A stretch of 41,481 nucleotides of DNA, taken from the NCBI GenBank assembly GCA_965248925.1, contig CBDFLE010000002.1, positions 1 to 41,481 on the forward strand, written 5' to 3'. Below the pieces are notes generated by a model that was not told the origin of the DNA, searched no databases, and worked only from the letters and a program-made list of their open reading frames with translations. This document shows positions 8,615 to 16,642 of this stretch, piece after piece. Every line of letters starts with the position of its first letter. The first letter of the stretch is position 1. Both the position numbers and the translations under genes were made by a program. This stretch comes from Candidatus Multivoradales bacterium (GTDB taxonomy: Bacteria; Acidobacteriota; Thermoanaerobaculia; Multivoradales; J023).

Positions 8615-9852
8615 GGTATCAGCCTCCCTGGAACGCTAACCCTAGTCACGAGTCGACCAGGAACCTCGATGGCGCTTCCTGCTGCTGCTAGTGGCGCCTC
8701 CATTGCGAATATCCGTGCGCCTGACGCATAACGCCCCAACGGTCCTCCGTCACAGAAGACCCATACCTTGCCGTCCGCAGCGCTAAACAGCATGGAGGGC
8801 GCTCCGATCTGATCGTTGATGACCGATGGGGTTGAAGCGCCCTGGCCAAGCGTAGCCAGCTCGGAGGCCATTCGATCAAGGGTCATGATCGGGTTGTTTG
8901 GGTTGGCAGCCCAGCTACCAGCGACACCCTTAGCCTTCGACACGAAGTGACCGATAGAGGCTCCGGTCCCGCTGCGGAAGACCAAGTGATACTCGCCGGT
9001 GGGGCCGATGCTAACGTGCGGGTGGTAGGCTCCGCCGCCTTCGTATCCCCACTGGCCAAGGGGGATGTCTTCGAGCGGTGAGAAGACCTGCACTGGTGGC
9101 CCGAAGGTTAGGCCGTTGAATGGCGCGATCTCTGGTGCTCGCCAGAAGCGCCAACGGAATGGACCTCCCGGCGAGGCTTCGGTGAGGCCTGTTCCGAACG
9201 CAACGGCGTAGCCCAAATCGGGGTCATACACGGCAGTCACCTCAGTGAACCCGCCCATCCATTCGCCGGCAGAGGTGAATGGGGTCGCGAACGACTCGCC
9301 GTCGTACTCGAGTACCGATACCGGATCGCTCCAGCGGGCCGCGTCGTAGACGTTCGGGTCGCTGGCCACGGACCCCATCACGGCGGCGATGAAGCCGATC
9401 AGCTCCGCCGCCAGCGTGCCTCGGCGTGCAGTGTGTAGGAGGACCCACTGGGACGTAGGTGGGTGCCAGAAGATGGTTGGCGTGTCACGATTTGTCGATG
9501 CGAGGGTAGCGGGGACAGCTGGCAGTTGGGGGATGACGAAGCTGCCGCTGATCGGCGTCGCTGACCACCCGGTGACGACGTCCGCTGTGTGGACCTTGCC
9601 TGAGTGAGCGATGCCGGCGAGCGTCGAGGACTGGTTGCTGACGAAGTAGAGCGACAGGATGCCGTTCGCATCGAGGAACACCACGACATCGCCGTTGGCT
9701 CCGGTGCCCGCTACAGCCTCCCATGGAGCGCCGCCAGGGGTCTTGAGGTAGCCGAGGTTCACGAACCCGGACGGGAACAGGTGAGCCGACGAGTGGATCA
9801 TGCGGCCGGGAACGGTCACTCGTTCAGCGAGTCGGCCGGGGACGACGATCAT
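8611..9852 (-). CDS. Beta-propeller glycoside-hydrolase-like protein (GH32/43/130-like fold, 413 aa)
   Basis: Blade-like repeats DTPTIFWH, YHPHVSIG, NPNNPIM, GAPSMLF. Start at ATG 9852, ATGA-coupled to 9849-10076. The longer track N-terminus is Arg-rich noise. Confidence 0.6.
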   Translation of the reverse strand: MIVVPGRLAERVTVPGRMIHSSAHLFPSGFVNLGYLKTPGGAPWEAVAGTGANGDVVVFLDANGILSLYFVSNQSSTLAGIAHSGKVHTADVVTGWSATPISGSFVIPQLPAVPATLASTNRDTPTIFWHPPTSQWVLLHTARRGTLAAELIGFIAAVMGSVASDPNVYDAARWSDPVSVLEYDGESFATPFTSAGEWMGGFTEVTAVYDPDLGYAVAFGTGLTEASPGGPFRWRFWRAPEIAPFNGLTFGPPVQVFSPLEDIPLGQWGYEGGGAYHPHVSIGPTGEYHLVFRSGTGASIGHFVSKAKGVAGSWAANPNNPIMTLDRMASELATLGQGASTPSVINDQIGAPSMLFSAADGKVWVFCDGGPLGRYASGARIFAMEAPLAAAGSAIEVPGRLVTRVSVPGRLIP

Positions 9853-10076
9853 GATGGCCTCGATTCTAGCGCTCTCGCCTCGACGTCGTCGACCATGCGC
9901 TCGAGCATGAGGCCAATACCCTCGGCTGGGACCGATTCGGCGGAGTCGATCCGCGCCGCGAGCTCGGTGGCGATGACGTGACCGATAGCTGCGCGCACGT
10001 CTGGCGCGAGGGCGGTACGGCGTTCGGCGGCGATTGCGGCGAGATGCGGCGGGATACGGCGGTGGGGGAAGTCCAT
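9849..10076 (-). CDS. Hypothetical helical protein (75 aa), first gene of the minus-strand operon
   Basis: AGGAGA RBS 9 nt before the ATG. MDFPHRRIPPHL...; its stop overlaps the next ATG. Confidence 0.6.
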   Translation of the reverse strand: MDFPHRRIPPHLAAIAAERRTALAPDVRAAIGHVIATELAARIDSAESVPAEGIGLMLERMVDDVEARALESRPS

Positions 10077-10091
10077 TCGGCAATTTCTCCT

Positions 10092-10141
10092 GTGACCAAA
10101 GCGTGACCGGGTTGGCCCCGCCAGGGTCACTATCGGGTCAC
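10092..10141. promoter_or_regulatory. Symmetric operator-like array GTGACC-N5-GTGACC ... GGTCAC-N5-GGTCAC
   Basis: GTGACC at 10092 and 10103, GGTCAC at 10125 and 10136. Lies between a TAGGGT -10-like box (10147-10142, minus strand) and the RBS of 9849-10076. Confidence 0.5.
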
Positions 10142-10213
10142 ACCCTAGCGGACTTTAGCGGACCTTCCATCTCGATTGTATACAAACGGGCGATGGCCTC
10201 TCCCGCCCCGCGA

Positions 10214-10531
10214 GGTGTAGGTAGGTGTAGGTGGTGGTGTAGGTCAAGCCCCTCTAGGTGTAGGTGGTGAAACGCTACAACCGGCGCGTGGGGCCGATCC
10301 GCGCCCCGCGTGGTGTAGGTGGTGTAGGTGGTGTCAGGCCCCGCCAGGCTGGTGATGGGAGCACCTCTCCAGAAAACTAGCGGACTTTTCTGGAGAGGAG
10401 TAGTTTCCACTACCAGCCGGGGGGAGCACCTACACTACCTACACCTTTTGCGATAACCCTCTGCCACACCGTGAGTTGCTAGGTGGAGGTGGCCTTTTAC
10501 ACCTCCACCTCACCTACACCACACCTACACC
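10214..10531. repeat. Convergent iteron array, candidate replication origin
   Basis: GGTGTAGG at 10214, 10224, 10236, 10257, 10312, 10321. CCTACAC(C) at 10429, 10438, 10513, 10524. Non-coding. Confidence 0.75.
10364..10398. repeat. Perfect 13-bp inverted repeat at the centre of the iteron array
   Basis: CCTCTCCAGAAAA-ctagcggac-TTTTCTGGAGAGG. Confidence 0.8.
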
Positions 10532-10544
10532 ACGAATCGCGACA

Positions 10545-10725
10545 TTTTTGCCGAGGTCGGCAAAAAGCGCACTGTTCGGCCCTCAAAAAGTCGGTTTTGC
10601 GTTTTTGCAAGTGCACGCAGTTCGACCTCGATTTGACCCCCGATTTGGGCCGAAAAAGGCCCAAAAAGGCCGTTTTTGGGCTTCAAATACATACGACCGT
10701 ATATGGGCGAGAATGGCCGGTTTTG
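10545..10725. other. Phased A/T-tract region with two short hairpins (bent DNA candidate)
   Basis: TTTTTGCCGA-gg-TCGGCAAAAA (10545-10566) and GCCCAAAAA-ggccg-TTTTTGGGC (10659-10681). A/T runs at about 10-11 bp spacing over 10631-10688. Confidence 0.55.
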
Positions 10726-10792
10726 GACCCCTCAACATGCGGACTTGCGTGGGATAGGCGAAGTGGGCTAGGGTCGAGCGAGGCCGTAGTAG

Positions 10793-11797
10793 ATGGCGAC
10801 AGAACGCAAGGATCGATGGGGCGGTAGATCGAGTGTGGCAACTCAGGAAATTCACCGCACTGGCCTCGGCGCTGCTTCCCGGCCTCCTGTGGTCGCCGGC
10901 GCCTTCCAACCGACGCCCCACATGCGGCTCGCCCTCAACGCCGTTCTCGAGGAGCCTGCGCTCGCCGCCAACAAGACAGCACTCGGGCGCGCCAGCGGAC
11001 TCGGTCGACGCACGCTTAGCGGCTGGTTTGCTAACGCTGGTTTCCGCGCTTGGTGGAACCGCTCGTTACTCGACCTCGCTCGAGATCGTATGGGCGAGGC
11101 GTCGATTGAATTACACCGACTGCTCGCCGAGTCCACATCGGACGTCGCTAAGGTGCGCGCAATTGAGGCGCTCGTTCGTTTATTCGGACAGCCTCAGGCG
11201 GGCGTTGCTGAAGCTGTAACAGTGATCCTCGAGAAGTGGGGTAGAGGCCGTGCGCGTATGGTTAGCGAGCCTGGGGGTGGGCTGGCTGTGGAGATAGAAT
11301 CAGGAGAAGAGCACTCCCCCGGCACGGCGGAGGATAGCGGAGCTGCACATAAGCAACATTATCAGAACAATGCCGCCAGTCCGCCAAAGTCCGCTCGTGT
11401 TGTATCCGAGGCGATGGCGCTACCCCCCGACATGGCCGAAGCGCATGCCGCACGCGTGCGCTTAGAGGCCAGGGTGAGGGAGGGTGCCGTCTACCCCGAG
11501 GACTTAGGCGTCGAGGCTCGAGTCCTCGACCCTCGAGACCCCGACCTGCCTCGCACCGCGCCCGGGCCCTCGACCTCCCTCCCCACGCTCTCCCCGAGCG
11601 CGGGGGTGGGTTCGAATCACAAACCCGCCGGGGAGAAGCAACAGGACCTAGTAGGCACACCCCCCCCCAACAACCCGCCCTGCCCCCCCGGCCAGCGCCT
11701 CGACTTCCGGGGGCTCCCGTACGCGCCGCGGGCCGGAGACAAGGCGCCTCCTGGCTGCGAGGAGGGTATTGGTGATGCTGAGGACCCATTCGCCTAG
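10793..11797 (+). CDS. HTH protein (phBC6A51-like), candidate terminase small subunit, with long Pro-rich C-terminus
   Basis: NKTALGRASGLGRRTLSGWFANAGFRAWW HTH followed by helices ending DVAKVRAIEALVRL, as in phBC6A51-type TerS proteins. Confidence 0.6.
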   Translation: MATERKDRWGGRSSVATQEIHRTGLGAASRPPVVAGAFQPTPHMRLALNAVLEEPALAANKTALGRASGLGRRTLSGWFANAGFRAWWNRSLLDLARDRMGEASIELHRLLAESTSDVAKVRAIEALVRLFGQPQAGVAEAVTVILEKWGRGRARMVSEPGGGLAVEIESGEEHSPGTAEDSGAAHKQHYQNNAASPPKSARVVSEAMALPPDMAEAHAARVRLEARVREGAVYPEDLGVEARVLDPRDPDLPRTAPGPSTSLPTLSPSAGVGSNHKPAGEKQQDLVGTPPPNNPPCPPGQRLDFRGLPYAPRAGDKAPPGCEEGIGDAEDPFA

Positions 11798-11826
11798 CGG
11801 CGGGCTGGGCTTGTAGAATCGCGCCC

Positions 11827-12558
11827 ATGGACAATCGCTACGATCAGGCGACCGCGGGCGTCTCTGGCTCGCTTGCGGTCCACAAGTTCGGCCACAACCT
11901 CGACCTCGACACTGGCGTCACGGAGGACATCCAGAACGGTCCGACGGCGCTCTATGTGCCGCCGACCGTGGATCGCATCCACAACCTGACGGGGTCTGCT
12001 GACGACGCGGCGGCGGGGACGGGTGTTCGGACGCTGCGGTTGTGGGGCGTCTCTGGTGGGGCGTTGGTGACGGAAGACGCGACAATGAACGGGGTCACCG
12101 ACGTGCCCACGGTGAACGCTTACGGGTCGATCCACCGGATGAAGCCGCTGACGGTGGGGTCGGCTGGCACGGCTGTGGGCGACATCGACGCGACGGCGGT
12201 CACGGACGCGACGGTATCGGCCAGGATCTCGGCGGGCGGCAGGCAGACTCAGGCGGCTGTCTACCTGTTGCCGGACACTCACTCGGGCTCGATTGTGTTC
12301 GCGCGGCTGGCGGTGGGGGACAGCGCTGGAGCGACAGCGCAGGTATCGGGTCTCTTGCTGGTGATGACGCCGGACTCGGACGTGTTCACGCCGGTCGAGA
12401 ACTTCCTCGTGAACCGTGGCGGCAACCCGGTGGACGGGAGGGAGTTCAAGGTGCCCGTAGCTGTGGCCGCTGGCTCGTGGGTGAAGATGGAAGCGACCAG
12501 CGACGCGAACAACACCGAGGTCTACGCGTCGTTCGATATGGTGTTGGGGGAGATCTGA
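11827..12558 (+). CDS. Conserved beta-rich phage protein, probably virion-associated
   Basis: HKFGHN.D.D...EDI, GTGVRTLRLWG, MNGVTDV, QTQAAVY pattern recalled from a widespread phage structural family. TAGAAT 7 nt upstream. Confidence 0.6.
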   Translation: MDNRYDQATAGVSGSLAVHKFGHNLDLDTGVTEDIQNGPTALYVPPTVDRIHNLTGSADDAAAGTGVRTLRLWGVSGGALVTEDATMNGVTDVPTVNAYGSIHRMKPLTVGSAGTAVGDIDATAVTDATVSARISAGGRQTQAAVYLLPDTHSGSIVFARLAVGDSAGATAQVSGLLLVMTPDSDVFTPVENFLVNRGGNPVDGREFKVPVAVAAGSWVKMEATSDANNTEVYASFDMVLGEI

Positions 12559-12839
12559 CCTCGCGGGGCGGGTGGTCACGCTGGCGCCGCATCGCCCTCG
12601 AGCGCTGTGGGGTAGCTGTTCATGGTGGTCGCGGTGGGCGATGCTGCGCAGCAACTGAAGACCTACATGGAGAGCTTCGACGAATGAACGAACGTGGTCG
12701 GGACATGGCTGCGCGACTGGCGCCAGGGCTAGCATCCTCGAGGATGCTCCGCTCGCGAACTTCAATCGGAACCCGGCCGGCTGAGGCATCGAGAGAGGTC
12801 TCTTGTCGGCCGGGTTCTTGTCCGCTAGAGTCCGCCGCC

Positions 12840-13097
12840 ATGAAGTCAAACCCCATGACGCAAGGGCTCAGCGACAAGGATGGCCCGGTCTCGTTCAACG
12901 CCAACAAGGTCGCCCACGTCGAGGCCTGCACCAGCATCCTCGATATCGCAACCACCATCATCCTCGACCTGAGCGGCACCAAGTCCTACGTCTACACGAA
13001 GGAAGATCCCGGGACCGTTCTCTCGGCGATCGACGCGGTGTTCAACGACACCGACCCGACGGCGACTAGTTGCGCAGCCGAGCGAGCTCGACGCTGA
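12840..13097 (+). CDS. Small FlbD-like hypothetical protein (85 aa)
   Basis: PVSFNANKVAHVE...TTIILDLSG...VYTKEDPGTV resembles the FlbD-type small beta fold. TAGAGT 8 nt upstream. Confidence 0.45.
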   Translation: MKSNPMTQGLSDKDGPVSFNANKVAHVEACTSILDIATTIILDLSGTKSYVYTKEDPGTVLSAIDAVFNDTDPTATSCAAERARR

Positions 13098-13404
13098 GCT
13101 CGGTGATCTCGTCTTGCAGCTGGGCAACGCGAGCGCGCAGCACCGGCAGTTCGTCGACGCTCGAGACGAGCTCCTCGAGGTCTTTCATCCGGTGCCAGAG
13201 GACCGCCGCCCACGCTGAGACGTCGAGGAGCTCGGTGAGGATCTCCCGGCCGATGGTCTGCGGCGTGCGCGGGTCGCCGCCGGGCGCCTCGACTTGCGCG
13301 ATGTCGCGGACGCCAGCGTCGAGGCGGGTCTTCACGGCGAGGAGGTATCGGTCGGCCCATGGTGTTGGGGTGAGTGGATCGGTCCACGTTTGGTCTGCGG
13401 TCAT
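13066..13404 (-). CDS. Helical/coiled-coil protein, possibly MazG-like
   Basis: RLDAG...EILTELLD pattern and C-terminal coiled coil. TAGCGT 8 nt upstream. Confidence 0.45.
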   Translation of the reverse strand: MTADQTWTDPLTPTPWADRYLLAVKTRLDAGVRDIAQVEAPGGDPRTPQTIGREILTELLDVSAWAAVLWHRMKDLEELVSSVDELPVLRARVAQLQDEITELSVELARLRN

Positions 13405-13452
13405 GGGAGAACACGCTACCGCAGTCCACTAAAGTCCGCTACTGTTGCGGCG

Positions 13453-13827
13453 ATGACTGACTCAATAATCGTCCGAGCTCGCGCCCTGATCGAAGAGCTC
13501 TCCGCGGAGACCGCGACCCCGCGGAGCGAGCGTATCGGCGGCGTCCTGTGCGAGCTCATGGCGTTGATCGAGGCGCTCACCGGCGGCGAGCTCGGCGACA
13601 AGGTAGCGGCGGCAGCGGTGCGGCTCGTCGGCAAGATCGACGACAGCGCCCCCATCGCGGCGTCGTTCGTTGCGTCGCCGACGAACGATCCCGACAAGAT
13701 GCTCGACAGCTGCCAGGCGGTGGTAGCTGTCGCTATCGGTCCCGCTCGAGCGCCCCTGGCCGAGTTCGTCACCCGCGGCGGCATCGACGACGTCGCGATC
13801 ATTGACAAAGACGGCCGCAAGCTCTAG
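13453..13827 (+). CDS. Hypothetical protein (124 aa)
   Basis: Native codon style. TACTGT 7 nt upstream and a terminator downstream. Confidence 0.6.
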   Translation: MTDSIIVRARALIEELSAETATPRSERIGGVLCELMALIEALTGGELGDKVAAAAVRLVGKIDDSAPIAASFVASPTNDPDKMLDSCQAVVAVAIGPARAPLAEFVTRGGIDDVAIIDKDGRKL

Positions 13828-13871
13828 AACCCCCGTTGACTCGCAGAGCACCGACGATGCCGCCGCGGGTT

Positions 13872-13910
13872 GGCCCGCTGCCGAACCCTGCGGCAGCGGG
13901 CCTTTTTCTT
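13872..13910 (+). terminator. Rho-independent terminator
   Basis: GGCCCGCTGCCG-7nt-CGGCAGCGGGCC followed by TTTTTCTT. Confidence 0.85.
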
Positions 13911-13926
13911 GATAGGATCCCTCGCC

Positions 13927-14988
13927 ATGATCCGCTGGACTCCGCTGGTGTCGCTTCTCCTGTTGCTCGGGTGCGTTGCCGACCCGATCGATCTCCGCGC
14001 TGCGCTGCGCCCGCCCGGGGACCTGGCGCTGTCCTCGCTGGCGTCCGCTAGAGTCGCCTTGAAGCTTGGGATCTGCACCGTGCGCGAGGGTGAGCAGTGG
14101 GCGAACGGTGAGGATGCCGGCAGAGGGAACCTCCATCCTCGAGGCTGGGGGACCGATCTCGACGTCCTGCCCAAGCGCGGCGGCGGCTACCACGGGTGGA
14201 TGAACTGGCCCGACCCGTCGCCGCGGCGCCTCGGGACGCAGATCGCCTACCTCGAGAGCGACGACGCGCAGCATTGGAGCGCCCCGCGGGTGACGCTGCG
14301 CAAGGCACAGCTCGGCGCGCTGGCGAACGGCGGCGTCGAGACGCCCTCGGTGATCCTCAACGACGGCGTGAGGCCCGACTTCGGTCGCTGGATCCTCGGG
14401 GTATTGGCGAAGAAGGTTGTCGACGGCAACCGCACCGACTCGATCGCGCTGCTCTCGGGGCCTACCGTCGAGGGCCCCTGGCTCGACTCGGGGATCGTCA
14501 TGCGGCCCGAGCACCCGTGGGAAGCGCCATACCTCAGTAGCCGCTATCCCGGCAAGACCACCGGAGGCGACCAAGAGCCGACGTTCGTGTTCATGGGGCG
14601 CGTTCTGGTGTGCTACTTCGTGGGCGACCACTACGGGCGCGGTGAGGTGCCGATGATCGGTGTCGCGGCGCTGTTGCCTGGCGAACGCGAGTGGCGCAAG
14701 TGGCCGAAGCCGCTGTTCGCCGGCGGCCAGGCCGAGGCCGAGCTCGTGCCGGGCGGGATCTGGCTCTACTACGGCGCGCCGCCGCCGCAGAACCAACGGA
14801 TCGAGCGGCGCTTCTCGCGCGATGGGATCAACTTCGGCGACCCCGAGGTCGTTCTCCGGGTCGGCAACCGCCAGGCTTTCGACGGGGGTCAGGTCCTCGG
14901 CCCGGCGGTGGTCAGCGACCGAATCTGGTGGTTCGGTCGCCCGTGGGAGCAGCGCAACCCGGTCCGCTTCGGCGTCGCGTCGTGGTAG
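13927..14988 (+). CDS. Predicted lipoprotein with beta-propeller glycoside-hydrolase-like domain (353 aa)
   Basis: Signal peptide and lipobox MIRWTPLVSLLLLLG-C. Repeats ESDDAQHWS, VETPSVI, GPTVEGPW, QEPTFV, SRDGINF (Asp-box-like), LGPAVV. Confidence 0.7.
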   Translation: MIRWTPLVSLLLLLGCVADPIDLRAALRPPGDLALSSLASARVALKLGICTVREGEQWANGEDAGRGNLHPRGWGTDLDVLPKRGGGYHGWMNWPDPSPRRLGTQIAYLESDDAQHWSAPRVTLRKAQLGALANGGVETPSVILNDGVRPDFGRWILGVLAKKVVDGNRTDSIALLSGPTVEGPWLDSGIVMRPEHPWEAPYLSSRYPGKTTGGDQEPTFVFMGRVLVCYFVGDHYGRGEVPMIGVAALLPGEREWRKWPKPLFAGGQAEAELVPGGIWLYYGAPPPQNQRIERRFSRDGINFGDPEVVLRVGNRQAFDGGQVLGPAVVSDRIWWFGRPWEQRNPVRFGVASW

Positions 14989-14997
14989 CATCGAGCT

Positions 14998-15312
14998 ATG
15001 GTCACAATCCTAGAACCGATCGTCACCAAGTTCTTGAACGAGGAACTCCGGCCGATGGCCGAGCGGGTCAACGGTCTCGAGGCGCTCCTCGACGATCTCG
15101 TGCAAGCCTACGATGGCGAGGTGAAGCCGATTCTCAACGGTTACGCTGCCCCCGACATCATCGACGACGGTCGCGCAGCGCAAGGAGTATCGGTGCTGTC
15201 GAAGAACGACATTGTGAAATTCATGTTGCACGCGACAGCGATTCGCGATGCGATTCAGGATGCGGATCGCGGCGAGCTGCGTAAGCCGGTGGTTCGTCCG
15301 TTGTCGGTGTAG
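14998..15312 (+). CDS. Hypothetical helical protein (104 aa)
   Basis: Plausible composition. TAGCAT 6 nt upstream. Confidence 0.65.
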   Translation: MVTILEPIVTKFLNEELRPMAERVNGLEALLDDLVQAYDGEVKPILNGYAAPDIIDDGRAAQGVSVLSKNDIVKFMLHATAIRDAIQDADRGELRKPVVRPLSV

Positions 15313-15316
15313 AAGC

Positions 15317-16642
15317 ATGCTCGGCGAACAATGGTATTTCGTAGCGCAAACAACGATCGTTGCCGCGCCGTCAGACTCAAATGATGGGCGCGACCGGTTC
15401 GGTTTCGCTTTAGCTACGGCGGCTTGGACATTCTCAACCTTGTCGTTAACTCAGGTGGGATCGTTCTCAGGCTATTCCTGGGTGCTTGGCGACTCGATTT
15501 ACCTCAGTCATGCGGCGATTACCGACGGGTTATATGAGATCGCGTCGAGGGTGGACGACGATACGATCACGTTAGTCGAGTCAATAAGTCCGGCGGACCA
15601 AACTATCATTCTAAGCTCGAATGGTCCGTGGCTAACGATACAAAAGGTTTTCACGGATTTGCCTGGGCCATTCGGTAACGTTGCCAGAATTTGCGACGAC
15701 GGGGATTACAAACCGTCGTCGGGGCTTATTTGCTCTATCCAGGGGGACCCGCGCTGGGGCTGGTATTGGATGCTCGGGGCAAACACTCGGGGCATTTTGG
15801 ATGGTTCTCGAGCAACGATTTCCGCAACAAACTTGGGTGGGGCGGTTGACCTAATTGAATTTACATCCGGAAATTACTGGGAATTTCAAGACCTCATCTT
15901 CTCTGGCGGCTCTCCGGTCGGCGGGCAAGACTTAGTTCGAGGCAGACTGGGCGGCTCGCGCTTTAATTTCGTTAGGTGTCGGTTCACCGGGGCCGGAAGG
16001 CATGGTCTCTATCATGTAGACTACAGGTGTGGGGTAGAGTTCGTTGATTGCGAAATTGACGCCTGCGTCGGCAGTGGGGTTGACTCTGGTGGCATAACCT
16101 GGAACAGCAATAGATTTATGAGGTGTTCAATCCATGATAACGGCGGGATAGGCGTAAGGGTGAGCACTCATGAAGCGGGGACCACGACACCTGCAATCAT
16201 AGGGTGCGTTATATACGATAACGCCAGTCATGGAATCCAGGTAGAGCGAACAGGAAACAGTGATATCGGAATTATTATCGATGCTTGCACCATCCATGGG
16301 AACAGTGGGAGCGGCATATACGTGACGGCGATCGGCCCTTATAGCCCAATTTTGATATCTAATTGCGCGATAGCGAATAACGGTGGTTATGGGATTGATT
16401 GGAATATGCCCGGGGCGAGCGAGATAGGCCCCCCACGTCATGTTGTGGGCACGTTATTCCATAGCAATACTAGCGGCGCGGTGAGTGTCGACAACATTGT
16501 TCTCGATTCAACTAATCCGCGGTGGGCGAACCTGTTCGATTTCGCACCGGGATTCGTGTCCATAATTGACGGCCTTGAGGACTACACCCCATCCGTCGGC
16601 AGCCCCCTGCGCGCCGCAGGCGTCGGCGCTCCCACCCGATGA
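15317..16642 (+). CDS. Right-handed parallel beta-helix (pectin lyase-like) protein, possible depolymerase or adhesin (441 aa)
   Basis: GPWLTIQK N-cap. Repeats CSIHDNGGIGV, CVIYDNASHGI, CTIHGNSGSGI, CAIANNGGYGI. C-cap DYTPSVGSPLRAAG. Visibly AT-richer DNA. Confidence 0.8.
   Translation: MLGEQWYFVAQTTIVAAPSDSNDGRDRFGFALATAAWTFSTLSLTQVGSFSGYSWVLGDSIYLSHAAITDGLYEIASRVDDDTITLVESISPADQTIILSSNGPWLTIQKVFTDLPGPFGNVARICDDGDYKPSSGLICSIQGDPRWGWYWMLGANTRGILDGSRATISATNLGGAVDLIEFTSGNYWEFQDLIFSGGSPVGGQDLVRGRLGGSRFNFVRCRFTGAGRHGLYHVDYRCGVEFVDCEIDACVGSGVDSGGITWNSNRFMRCSIHDNGGIGVRVSTHEAGTTTPAIIGCVIYDNASHGIQVERTGNSDIGIIIDACTIHGNSGSGIYVTAIGPYSPILISNCAIANNGGYGIDWNMPGASEIGPPRHVVGTLFHSNTSGAVSVDNIVLDSTNPRWANLFDFAPGFVSIIDGLEDYTPSVGSPLRAAGVGAPTR

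Noticed and set aside
10176-10185. TTGTATACAA palindrome as a separate element
   Set aside because: Only 10 bp and single copy. It may be part of the divergent promoter or origin, but cannot be supported on its own.
10214-10531. Repeats as a CRISPR array, or the ORFs across them (TTYTTYTT) as genes
   Set aside because: Units are 8 bp, irregularly spaced and in both orientations, with no spacers. The peptides merely translate the repeats.
11601-11630. GGTTCGAATC as a tRNA T-arm or attP (also near 19829)
   Set aside because: No cloverleaf can be built, both lie inside CDSs, and there is no integrase.
11794-14991. Long antisense or alternate-frame ORFs (11794-12849, 13462-14991, and the extended 5' part of 12042-13097; likewise 25454-26530 and 38010-39155)
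   Set aside because: Arg/Pro-rich shadow ORFs typical of high-GC DNA, overlapping better-supported genes.
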